IMG/VR virus record: IMGVR_UViG_2529292921_000020
Source: a virus
Lineage: Duplodnaviria > Heunggongvirae > Uroviricota > Caudoviricetes
DNA: 43,121 bases
Strand: one strand, 5' to 3'
Below are positions 20,193 to 28,556 of the stretch, in pieces. The notes under the pieces were generated by a model that worked only from the letters and a program-made list of their open reading frames with translations, was not told the DNA's origin and did no database searches. The stretch's first letter is position 1. Each line of letters begins with the position of its first letter. Both the position numbers and the translations under genes were made by a program.

Positions 20193-20646
20193 TATTTTTG
20201 TAGAGCCGGAGGAAACAGACCAGACGGTTTAAATGAGCCGGTTACTTTGTTAAAAGAAACTGGCATGGTGAATCCCCCTGTGCGGAGGGGCAATCAGCGA
20301 GTAGGTATATGGGATAATCGCGGATTCAGGTGCTGGTACTGAATTCACCGGGAGGCACCCGGCACCATGCAATGGCACATAGCGCCACTCTCCAGCCCCT
20401 CTCCGGAGGGGCTTTCTTATGGACAAAAAAAGCCCGCGCAGGGAGACGCGGGCGGCAAGGAATAAACAACAAAACGTGAAGTAATATTTCAGCTGGCGAA
20501 TAATATCCGACAGTAATCACTCTGCGCAATAGCGCGGCCTTTTTCGTATTGCGGACTGTTGTCTCTCTTCTGCCATTGTCCTGTAACTTCCGGACTTCAG
20601 CCCGCTCCTCATTTTACTCACAATATTATCCCGGCCGGGAGGATTC

Positions 20647-22500
20647 ATGGCATTTAAATACTATGATGTTGTCAGGGCGGCGTCGCCGTCAGACCTTGCG
20701 GAAAAGCTGACACATAAACTGAAAGAGGGCTGGCAGCCGTTTGGTAGTCCGGTGGCCATAACCCCTTATACCCTGATGCAGGCGATTGCAGCAGAAGGTG
20801 ATGTGGTCGTCAGTGGTGCAACTGAGCCGGACTGGTTCTACGTGGTTGTGCTTGCCGGACAGTCCAACGGCATGGCCTACGGTGAAGGGCTTCCGTTACC
20901 GGATTCTTACGATGCTCCGGATCCGCGCATTAAACAGCTGGCGCGCCGCAGCACGGTAACTCCGGGTGGAGAGAGTTGTACGTATAACGACATCATCCCG
21001 GCTGACCACTGTCTGCATGATGTGCAGGATATGAGTACGCTGAATCATCCGAAGGCAGACCTGAGCAAAGGGCAGTACGGCTGTGTCGGCCAGGGCTTAC
21101 ATATTGCCAAAAAACTGCTCCCGTATATCCCGAATAACGCGGGGATCCTGCTGGTACCATGCTGTCGTGGTGGTTCGGCATTCACCCAGGGCGCGGAGGG
21201 GACATTCAGTGCGGACGCGGGGGCCAGCCAGGATTCGGCGCGCTGGGGGGTGGGTAAACCGTTATATCAGGACCTGATTGCGCGCACTAAAGCTGCATTA
21301 CAGAAGAACCCGAAAAATGTGTTGCTGGCGGTGTGCTGGATGCAGGGAGAGTTTGACATGAGCGCCGCCACCTACGCACAGCAACCTGCGCTGTTTACAG
21401 CCATGCTGAAGCAGTTTCGTGCTGACCTCACTGTGTTTAACGCGCAGTGTCATGGTGGCAGTGCTGTAAATGTGCCGTGGATTTGTGGTGACACGACGTA
21501 TTACTGGAAAAATACATACGCTACCCAGTACGACACCGTGTACGGCGGGTATAAAAACAGGGAGAGTGAGGGCGTTTATTTTGTGCCCTTCATGACAGAC
21601 GGTAACGGCGTCAATACCGCCACTAACGCACCGGCAGAAGATCCGGATATTCCGGCATCAGGATATTACGGTGCGGCATCGAGAACGAATGGAAACCAGG
21701 TATCATCAAACCGCCCGACACATTTCAGTTCATGGGCGCGCAGGAGCATTATTCCGGATCGTATGGCAACCGCTATTCTGAACGCAGCCGGGCGCACCTC
21801 AGCTTTCATCAGTGGTAAGGCACCGGAAATCAAACCCTCGCCCGGCGGCAACACGCCATCGGGGCCGTCTGAAGATGCATCCGTACGCACAATCTCCCTG
21901 TTGCCGACAGCCGGAGAGGCTGCTGCGCAGGGCTGGACCATTAAGGACGGCGGAATTCAGTTGTCGGGTGGTGTATTTAAGATCGCCAAGCAGAGCAATA
22001 AAACCTGGTCCCTGATGCATCCGGTGGATGACGCAGTCTCCCTGCTGACACGGGGTGGCAGACTGAGCTGTAAGTTTCGACTGTCAGGCGCACTGACCAA
22101 CAACCAGTTCGGCCTGGGAATTTATCTGTATACCGATGTAGCGTTACCTGACGTCGTGGCGATGACCGGGACTGGTAACCCGTTCCTGATGTCGTTCTTC
22201 ACCCAGACCACAGACGGCAAACTGAATCTGATGCATCACAAGAAAGCAGGAAACACAAAGTTGGGCGAGTTCGGGAATTACAGTAATGACTGGCAGACGC
22301 TGGAACTGGTGTTCACCGCCGGCAGTGCCACGGTTACTCCGAAACTGAATGGAGTGGCTGGCCCGGCATTCCAGGTCATAAAAGACAGTCTGACACTGGG
22401 GCTGAATGCGCTGACGCTGACGGATATTACCAAAAATGCAGCGTATGGCGTTGAGATAGAAAGTCTGGTGCTGGAGATAAATGCACCGGCATCATCATAA
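20647..22500 (+). CDS. nanS: Phage NanS-p-like sialate O-acetylesterase (DUF1737 N-terminus plus SGNH-type hydrolase)
   Basis: 617-aa ORF; N-terminus MAFKYYDVVRAASPSDLAEKL..., esterase block VVLAGQSNGMAYGEG; sits downstream of the Q-tRNA region where Stx phages carry this gene after stxAB. Confidence 0.7.
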   Translation: MAFKYYDVVRAASPSDLAEKLTHKLKEGWQPFGSPVAITPYTLMQAIAAEGDVVVSGATEPDWFYVVVLAGQSNGMAYGEGLPLPDSYDAPDPRIKQLARRSTVTPGGESCTYNDIIPADHCLHDVQDMSTLNHPKADLSKGQYGCVGQGLHIAKKLLPYIPNNAGILLVPCCRGGSAFTQGAEGTFSADAGASQDSARWGVGKPLYQDLIARTKAALQKNPKNVLLAVCWMQGEFDMSAATYAQQPALFTAMLKQFRADLTVFNAQCHGGSAVNVPWICGDTTYYWKNTYATQYDTVYGGYKNRESEGVYFVPFMTDGNGVNTATNAPAEDPDIPASGYYGAASRTNGNQVSSNRPTHFSSWARRSIIPDRMATAILNAAGRTSAFISGKAPEIKPSPGGNTPSGPSEDASVRTISLLPTAGEAAAQGWTIKDGGIQLSGGVFKIAKQSNKTWSLMHPVDDAVSLLTRGGRLSCKFRLSGALTNNQFGLGIYLYTDVALPDVVAMTGTGNPFLMSFFTQTTDGKLNLMHHKKAGNTKLGEFGNYSNDWQTLELVFTAGSATVTPKLNGVAGPAFQVIKDSLTLGLNALTLTDITKNAAYGVEIESLVLEINAPASS

Positions 22501-22650
22501 AAAGTGAGCCAGCCAAATGGAAGGTATCGTTAAACTCACCGGTAGTGTCAGTGGGTCGTCTGAGATGCCTGCATGAGTTATCAGAGCCATCAGTACTTAA
22601 CTGGTGGCTTTTTTTATTGTTGTCAGCTTCCGGATAACGGGAGACGGGGT

Positions 22651-22866
22651 ATGGACCAGATGGAAAAAATCACAACAGGTGTGTCATACACCACGTCAGC
22701 GGTGGGAACGGGCTACTGGTTCCTGCAGTTGCTGGACAGGGTTTCCCCGTCTCAGTGGGCGGCAATAGGCGTGCTGGGGAGTCTGCTGTTTGGGCTGCTG
22801 ACATATCTGACTAACCTGTATTTCAAAATCAGAGAGGACCGTCGTAAGGCGGCACGGGGAGAGTAA
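22651..22866 (+). CDS. S: Pinholin (S21-like class II holin), possible dual start MDQM
   Basis: About 71 aa with two TM segments and charged C-terminus (...[22 protein letters not shown]); ORF-track N-terminal extension overlaps a terminator-like hairpin, so the start is placed at 22651 or 22660. Confidence 0.8.
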   Translation: MDQMEKITTGVSYTTSAVGTGYWFLQLLDRVSPSQWAAIGVLGSLLFGLLTYLTNLYFKIREDRRKAARGE

Positions 22867-22870
22867 TTCA

Positions 22871-23221
22871 ATGACTCAAAACTATGAACTGATTGTGAAA
22901 GGGATCCGCAATTTTGAGAATAAAGTTACGGTAACTTTAGCGTTACGGGACAAAAAACGCTTTGACGGTGAAATTTTTGACCTGGACATCTCGCTGGACC
23001 GTGTTGAAGGTGCCGCGCTGGAGTTTTATGAGGCAGCAGCCAGAAGGAGCATCAGACAGGTCTTCCTGGATGTTGCTGCCGGGTTATGTGAAGGGGATGA
23101 GCAGTCGCCGGAAAAGCGCCCCGTAATTTTAGAGGCGCAGAATGTATGGATAACCTACAAAGGAAAGCTACCGGGAAGAATTACTGGTTCTCTGAAGACT
23201 CCTCCGGAATCACAACCTTAA
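22871..23221 (+). CDS. Hypothetical protein between holin and endolysin
   Basis: 116-aa ORF tightly packed after S. Confidence 0.4.
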   Translation: MTQNYELIVKGIRNFENKVTVTLALRDKKRFDGEIFDLDISLDRVEGAALEFYEAAARRSIRQVFLDVAAGLCEGDEQSPEKRPVILEAQNVWITYKGKLPGRITGSLKTPPESQP

Positions 23222-23284
23222 GTCACTGACCGGAACAGATAAACCTGTCCGTGGGCAGAAACCGATAAATCCTGATAAATATCC

Positions 23285-23818
23285 ATGAACGCAAAAATCA
23301 GATACGGCCTGTCGGCTGCCGTTCTGGCGCTGATTGCCGCTGGTGCGCCTGCGCCTGACATTCTCGACCAGTTTCTGGATGAAAAGGAAGGTAACCACAC
23401 CACGGCATACCGTGATGGCGCGGGTATCTGGACCATCTGCCGCGGTGCCATCCTGGTGGATGGCAAACCTGTCGTTCCGGGCATGAAGTTGTCGAAGGAA
23501 AAATGCGACCGGGTTAACGCCATTGAGCGTGATAAGGCGCTGGCATGGGTGGAGAAAAACATCAAAGTGCCATTGACCGAACCCCAGAAAGCGGGGATCG
23601 CGTCATTCTGTCCGTACAACATTGGTCCCGGTAAGTGTTTCCCGTCGACGTTTTACAGACGAATTAATGCAGGTGATCGCAGGGGAGCATGCGAAGCGAT
23701 TCGCTGGTGGATTAAGGACGGTGGCAGAGACTGCCGTATTCGCTCAAATAACTGTTACGGTCAGGTATTCCGTCGTGACCAGGAGAGCGCGCTGGCGTGC
23801 TGGGGAATCGACAGATAA
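23285..23818 (+). CDS. R: SAR-endolysin (phage lysozyme, R21-like)
   Basis: 177-aa ORF; N-terminal signal-anchor-release segment (LSAAVLALIAAGAPA) followed by lysozyme catalytic region (E...D...T context). Confidence 0.85.
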   Translation: MNAKIRYGLSAAVLALIAAGAPAPDILDQFLDEKEGNHTTAYRDGAGIWTICRGAILVDGKPVVPGMKLSKEKCDRVNAIERDKALAWVEKNIKVPLTEPQKAGIASFCPYNIGPGKCFPSTFYRRINAGDRRGACEAIRWWIKDGGRDCRIRSNNCYGQVFRRDQESALACWGIDR

Positions 23819-23910
23819 GCAGAATATTTTGCTGAAAAATGAGGTTGGCCAACGCGGGCGGATAACACGAAGTCCTGTGAACTGGCAAAACCTAAGTGAA
23901 TAAAAGTAAA

Positions 23911-23947
23911 AACCCCGTTTGTTGGCAGCAAGCGGGGTTTTGTTTTT
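23911..23947 (+). terminator. Terminator-like GC hairpin with T-run downstream of R
   Basis: AACCCCGTTTGTTGGCAGCAAGCGGGGTTTTGTTTTT. Confidence 0.5.
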
Positions 23948-24012
23948 ATGGCAGTAAGCTATGGGAGGCTGCCTTGATTGATTTTAGCAAACTGATTAGG
24001 GAGTTGCGACTC

Positions 24013-24459
24013 ATGATTAGTCAATTACCAAACTGGAAATTTTTGCTGGTCTGGAGCATCCCTTTTTTATGGGTAGTATCCCAGTTAATTGTGGCAATTA
24101 AGGGGTAGCTATGTCAGACAAACTCATAACGCCGGCAAAGGTCCTGTGTGTGATTGTCGGTATTTCATTTTCACTAATGCTGGTTGCTCTTTTTCTGTCC
24201 CTCGCCTGGGTGATGTTGTCTTCGTCGGGGCTGCTGGGGTGACAGTGACTGATGACATCAGCAGAGCGCTGGCTTTTGCTATTAAGTGGGTGGCTGTTGG
24301 TATTGCTGTGTCTCCGATGCTGTATGGGCTGGCAAAACTGGTCATTGCGCTGAAATCGTGAACTTTAAAAAGATGAGTGCTGAACTTATTCGGGCAATGG
24401 CATTTGCCATTCGTATTGTGGCCATTGCTGTTCTGGTCTGGGCAATCCGTTGGTGGTGA
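24013..24459 (+). other. Tandem array of four small hydrophobic peptide ORFs (24013-24108, 24111-24242, 24245-24361, 24373-24459; 31, 43, 38 and 28 aa)
   Basis: Back-to-back ORFs each encoding one predicted TM helix; ORF3 (TDDISRALAFAIKWVAVGIAV...) and ORF4 ([20 protein letters not shown]...) are clearly paralogous; ORF2 begins MSDKLI. Confidence 0.4.
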
Positions 24460-24460
24460 T

Positions 24461-24955
24461 ATGAACCGTGTTCTGTGTGTGGTGATTATTGTCATGCTGG
24501 TAGCCTGTGGTGTGCTTAGTCTGGGGCTGAATCATTACCGCGATAACGCCATCACCTACAAAGCGCAGCGCGATAAAAAAGTCAGTGAGCTGAAACTGGC
24601 GAATGCCACTATTACTGACATGCAGCAGCGCCAGCGAGATGTCGCTGCGCTTGATGCCAGATACACGAAGGAATTAGCCGATGCGAGAGCTGAAAATGAA
24701 ACTCTGCGCGCTGATGTTGCCGCTGGTCGTAAGCGCCTGCGGGTCAACGCCACCTGCCCCGGTACCGTGCGTGAAGCCACCGGCACCTCCAGCGTGGATA
24801 ATGCAACCGGCCCCCGACTGGCAGACACCGCTGAACGGGATTATTTCATCCTCAGAGAACGGTTGATGACAATGCAGAAGCAGCTGGAAGGGGCGCAGGA
24901 ATATATCCGCACTCAGTGCACTAAGCTGGCTTTTTATTATCCGGAGGATACATGA
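24461..24955 (+). CDS. Rz: Spanin inner-membrane subunit Rz
   Basis: About 165 aa from [19 protein letters not shown]-terminal TM then coiled-coil periplasmic domain; Rz1 is embedded in the +1 frame. Confidence 0.8.
   Translation: MNRVLCVVIIVMLVACGVLSLGLNHYRDNAITYKAQRDKKVSELKLANATITDMQQRQRDVAALDARYTKELADARAENETLRADVAAGRKRLRVNATCPGTVREATGTSSVDNATGPRLADTAERDYFILRERLMTMQKQLEGAQEYIRTQCTKLAFYYPEDT
24696..24866 (+). CDS. Rz1: Spanin outer-membrane lipoprotein subunit Rz1 (embedded in Rz)
   Basis: [15 protein letters not shown] lipobox followed by a Pro-rich mature peptide, entirely within the Rz coding region. Confidence 0.75.
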   Translation: MKLCALMLPLVVSACGSTPPAPVPCVKPPAPPAWIMQPAPDWQTPLNGIISSSENG

Positions 24956-25176
24956 AGAAATTACGGGTAACCGTAGAACCTTGTCAGGGAACAATTCCGT
25001 TCCGTATTTTGCAGCGTGGTCGTGTTCTTGTTGAAGGTTCGTTCAGTGGTAAATGTACGCAATTACACTCCCGGACCTTTCAGGTGAATGCCACGAATGA
25101 AGAGCTAACCGTGGAGTGTACGATGAATGCCGCTAAATGCCGCATGGTATCCGCTGCATTACAGCCAGTGTGTTGA
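24952..25176 (+). CDS. Hypothetical small protein after Rz
   Basis: 74-aa ORF overlapping the Rz stop. Confidence 0.35.
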   Translation: MKKLRVTVEPCQGTIPFRILQRGRVLVEGSFSGKCTQLHSRTFQVNATNEELTVECTMNAAKCRMVSAALQPVC

Positions 25177-25374
25177 GCGACCTTATTATCCATGCGCGGT
25201 ATTGTCGCCGTATTCCTGCATTAACAGAGACCGCAGCCCGACAGGGAGACTCCTCTGCGCGAGTGTGCGGGGATAATCAAAAACGATACACACCGGGGTT
25301 TACCGCGTTAACGGAGCGCGGCGTTGTCCCCTCATAGTCGCCTGTCCGGTGCGATGGTGGAAGAAACCGAACGT

Positions 25375-25635
25375 TCATTTCTCGTTATTTGTCATGCTGG
25401 CCGGGCGCAGATGCGTTGCATCTGTTGCCAGCCTTCTCCTGCAGGCTTCAATAACCCACGCTGAAAAGTTACCGGACCCTTTATGCTCAAGGGCGATGTT
25501 GATCTGTTCAATTATGTGATTGGGGAAACGGATATTGCGGGTTGTGGTTCTGCGGGTCCGGTTTTTCGATGACATATTTATTTCCTTTACTGATTGCCAT
25601 ATGACGGGGATTTTACATGGCTGAGCTTCGTACAC
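25375..25635 (-). CDS. Ribbon-helix-helix (Arc/CopG-like) DNA-binding protein
   Basis: Probable start MSSKNRT (near 25575); NIRFPNHIIEQINIALEHKGSGNFSAWVIEACRRRL fits the beta-strand/helix/helix pattern. Confidence 0.5.
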   Translation of the reverse strand: MYEAQPCKIPVIWQSVKEINMSSKNRTRRTTTRNIRFPNHIIEQINIALEHKGSGNFSAWVIEACRRRLATDATHLRPASMTNNEK

Positions 25636-25982
25636 TCCAGAGCAGAATCAAAACACTGAATACCCGACGGGTGAATATTCTGAAGGGGGAGCAGCGTCGT
25701 GTCAGTGGCAGTGCACGTGTTTCCCTCAAGCGTCATATCTGGCTGAGGGACGCCGGGCAGTGCTGTATCTGTGGTCGTGTGGTTGACCTCTGTGACAGTG
25801 AACTCGATCACCGAATTGCACTTCAGTTCGGTGGTGGTAATGAGGAGACGAATCTTTGGACGCTCTGTGCCGAATGCCATCGACAAAAGTCTGCTCGTGA
25901 AGCGGCGAGTGGTATGCCGGACCCGACGCTGCCGGAGGTGTCCGGAGGTAGTGGCAGAGAGGACGACATCATCGGACTGTAA
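25617..25982 (+). CDS. HNH endonuclease (terminase-associated)
   Basis: 121-aa ORF; CxxC...HRIALQFGGGNEETNLWTLCAECHRQK; immediately upstream of the terminase genes. Confidence 0.8.
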   Translation: MAELRTLQSRIKTLNTRRVNILKGEQRRVSGSARVSLKRHIWLRDAGQCCICGRVVDLCDSELDHRIALQFGGGNEETNLWTLCAECHRQKSAREAASGMPDPTLPEVSGGSGREDDIIGL

Positions 25983-26068
25983 CCCAACCCGGGGGGGGTA
26001 TCATCCGGCGTAAAAAACGATCGCTTTGGACACCGCGCCCCCTCTCACGCAGAGAAAAAATTCCCGTT

Positions 26069-26200
26069 TCAGGGCAGTTAACATGTTAACTGGCTGCCCG
26101 GGCATTTTTGCGGTTTTTATCTTTATTATTCAGTTTGTTGTGCGGAAAAAATGTTAACAGGCTTTTTCAGCAAATGTTAACCGGGCAGCAGTTAACATTT
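26069..26200. repeat. Repeated GTTAACAT / ATGTTAAC motifs upstream of the terminase small subunit gene (candidate terminase-binding or cos-proximal sites)
   Basis: cagGGCAGTTAACATGTTAACtgg at 26069-26093 (palindromic core), ATGTTAACAGG at 26151, AATGTTAACCGGGCAGCAGTTAACATTT at 26173-26200. Confidence 0.5.
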
Positions 26201-26272
26201 GCGGCATGAGACGCCGGGAAAAATGGGCTGAACCATACCCGGCTGAGTGCGTTCTGGACCCGGGAGGAGGCT

Positions 26273-26836
26273 GTGCTGACAACGCAAAAACGAAAATTTG
26301 CGCTGGCGCTCATGTCCGGGAAAAACAAAACAGCGTCAGCCATTGCCGCCGGTTATTCGGCGAAGACCGCCAGGGTTAAAGGCTCGCAGCTGGCAAAAGA
26401 TCCGGAGGTGCTTGCGTTTATAGCCCGTAAACAATGCGAGACGGTGGAGGTGGATGAGGTTCCTGTTTACCGGCAGAAAAAATCAGAGCAGGAGGATAAA
26501 CCCCGTCGCCGTGAGGCGGCTGCAATACCACAGCCGGACGAAAACAATCCGGAGATGCCACCGTCCGCGGTGATGTCTCCTGGTATTGAATATATGGAGG
26601 ATGGTCTTCCCGATCCGGTGAAAGCCATGGGGCGGATCCTGGTGGAAAACCTCTGCATTGATCCGAAACTGGCACTGGATGCGGCCTGGCGTCTGGCGCA
26701 GTTCACGCACCATAAAAAAGGGGATACCGGGAAAAAATCGGCAAAAGGTGATGCCGCGAAAAAAGCGGCTAACCGTTTTGCGGTGCCACCGCCACCCCGA
26801 CTGGTGGTGAATAACGATAATGAGGGCAACGGATGA
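26273..26836 (+). CDS. Terminase small subunit
   Basis: 187-aa ORF with N-terminal HTH (KTASAIAAGYSAKTARVKGSQLA) directly upstream of and overlapping the large subunit. Confidence 0.8.
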   Translation: MLTTQKRKFALALMSGKNKTASAIAAGYSAKTARVKGSQLAKDPEVLAFIARKQCETVEVDEVPVYRQKKSEQEDKPRRREAAAIPQPDENNPEMPPSAVMSPGIEYMEDGLPDPVKAMGRILVENLCIDPKLALDAAWRLAQFTHHKKGDTGKKSAKGDAAKKAANRFAVPPPPRLVVNNDNEGNG

Positions 26837-28494
26837 TACCTGTATGGAGCACAGCCTGCCCGGACTGGGCAGAGCGCCTGAAAAAGGGGCTGTCGATTAT
26901 TCCGGATCCGATTTATCCGGACGAGGCCGCACATGCCCTGGCGATTTTTAAACAACTGCGGATTGTGGATGCACCTGGTAGCCCTACGTTCGGGGAGTCC
27001 TGTGCACCGTGGGTGTTTGACCTGGTGGCGGCCCTGTTTGGCTCCTACGATGCGCAGACCGGTGTACGCCATATCAAGGAAGTTTTTATCCTTATCCCCA
27101 AGAAAAACTCGAAGTCCACGCTGGCCGCGGGGATCATGATGACTGCACTGTTACTGAACTGGCGGCAGGCGGCGGGTTACACGATTCTGGCCCCGACTGT
27201 GGAGGTGGCGGCCAACGCCTTCAACCCTGCCCGGGATATGGTACGACGTGACGATGATCTGGATGACCTCTGCCAGGTACAGACCCATATCCGGACCATC
27301 ACCCACCGGGTGACAGACACCACCCTGAAGGTGGTGGCAGCCGATCCGAATACGGTGTCCGGTATCAAGTCCGTGGGTACGCTGATTGATGAGTTGTGGC
27401 TGTTTGGCAAGCAGTGCAAGGCGGAGGACATGTTACGTGAAGCCATAGGCGGCCTTGCCTCCCGCCCGGAAGGGTTTGTGGTGTATACGACCACCCAGTC
27501 GAATGAACCGCCCGCCGGGGTGTTCAGACAGAAACTGCAGTACGCCCGGGATGTGCGCGACGGCAAAATTCATGATCCGCACTTTCTGCCGGTGATATTT
27601 GAACACCCTCCTGAAATGGTGGAAAGCGGGGCTCACCTGCTGATGGAAAACCTCGCCATGGTCAATCCTAATCTCGGCTATTCAGTGGATGAGGCCTTTC
27701 TGTACCGGGAGTACCGTAAAGCCCGGGAAGCCGGTGAAGAGACATTCCGGGGGTTCATGTCAAAACACGCCAATGTGGAAATTGGTCTTGCCCTGCGCTC
27801 TGACCGCTGGGCGGGGGCTGATTTCTGGGAAGAGCAGGGCCGTTGTATCAGCCTGGACGATATCCTGCGTCGTGCTGATGTGGTGACGGTGGGGATTGAC
27901 GGCGGAGGGCTGGATGATCTGCTGGGGATGTATGTGATTGGGCGTGACCGGGAGACCCGCGAATGGCTGGGCTGGGGCCATGCCTGGGCGCATGAAACCG
28001 CGGTGGTCCGACGGAAGAGCGAGGCGTCCCGGTTTCAGGATCTTGTTGCCTGTGGAGATATGACCATTGTCCGGCGTGTCGGGGATGACACGGCGGAAGT
28101 GGCGGAATATGTGCGTCGCATTCATGAGGCTGAGTTACTGGACCATATCGGTATTGACCCGTCAGGGGTGGGGCAGATTCTGGATTCACTGGCGGAAGCC
28201 GGGATCCCCGACGGAATTGTGGTGGGGATAAGCCAGGGCTGGAAACTGGGCGGGGCCATTAAAACCACCGAGCGCAAACTGGCTGAAGGGGTGCTGGTGC
28301 ATGGTGACCAGCCCCTGATGGCCTGGTGTGTCGGCAATGCCCGGGTGGAGCCTAAAGGTAACGCCATTCTTATCACCAAACAGGCCAGTGGACGGGGAAA
28401 AATTGACCCGCTGATGGCGCTGTTCAATGCGGTCTCCCTGATGTCCCTTAACCCGGAACCGAAAAAGAAAGAATATGCGGTTTTTTTCATATAA
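26833..28494 (+). CDS. Terminase large subunit
   Basis: 553-aa ORF with ATPase Walker A-like (ILIPKKNSKST), Walker B-like (LIDELW) and C-terminal nuclease region. Confidence 0.85.
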   Translation: MIPVWSTACPDWAERLKKGLSIIPDPIYPDEAAHALAIFKQLRIVDAPGSPTFGESCAPWVFDLVAALFGSYDAQTGVRHIKEVFILIPKKNSKSTLAAGIMMTALLLNWRQAAGYTILAPTVEVAANAFNPARDMVRRDDDLDDLCQVQTHIRTITHRVTDTTLKVVAADPNTVSGIKSVGTLIDELWLFGKQCKAEDMLREAIGGLASRPEGFVVYTTTQSNEPPAGVFRQKLQYARDVRDGKIHDPHFLPVIFEHPPEMVESGAHLLMENLAMVNPNLGYSVDEAFLYREYRKAREAGEETFRGFMSKHANVEIGLALRSDRWAGADFWEEQGRCISLDDILRRADVVTVGIDGGGLDDLLGMYVIGRDRETREWLGWGHAWAHETAVVRRKSEASRFQDLVACGDMTIVRRVGDDTAEVAEYVRRIHEAELLDHIGIDPSGVGQILDSLAEAGIPDGIVVGISQGWKLGGAIKTTERKLAEGVLVHGDQPLMAWCVGNARVEPKGNAILITKQASGRGKIDPLMALFNAVSLMSLNPEPKKKEYAVFFI

Positions 28495-28556
28495 CCCTGT
28501 TCACACTGTAACCATCACGAACCGCTCCGGCGGTTTTTTATTTTCAGGAGGCTGAT

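Larger units (their letters stand above)
17547..20245 (-). mobile_element. IS66-family insertion sequence (about 2.7 kb) flanked by 8-bp direct repeat TTTGTTAA
   Basis: Three ORFs in IS66 order on the minus strand; imperfect terminal inverted repeats beginning GTAAGCG / GTAACCG; TTTGTTAA at 17539-17546 and 20246-20253. Confidence 0.8.

Noticed and set aside
17449-20646. Shiga toxin genes stxA/stxB expected between the tRNA cluster and nanS-p
   Set aside because: No ORF of appropriate size or signal-peptide character exists; the interval is fully accounted for by the IS66-family element plus about 0.5 kb of non-coding sequence with terminator hairpins.
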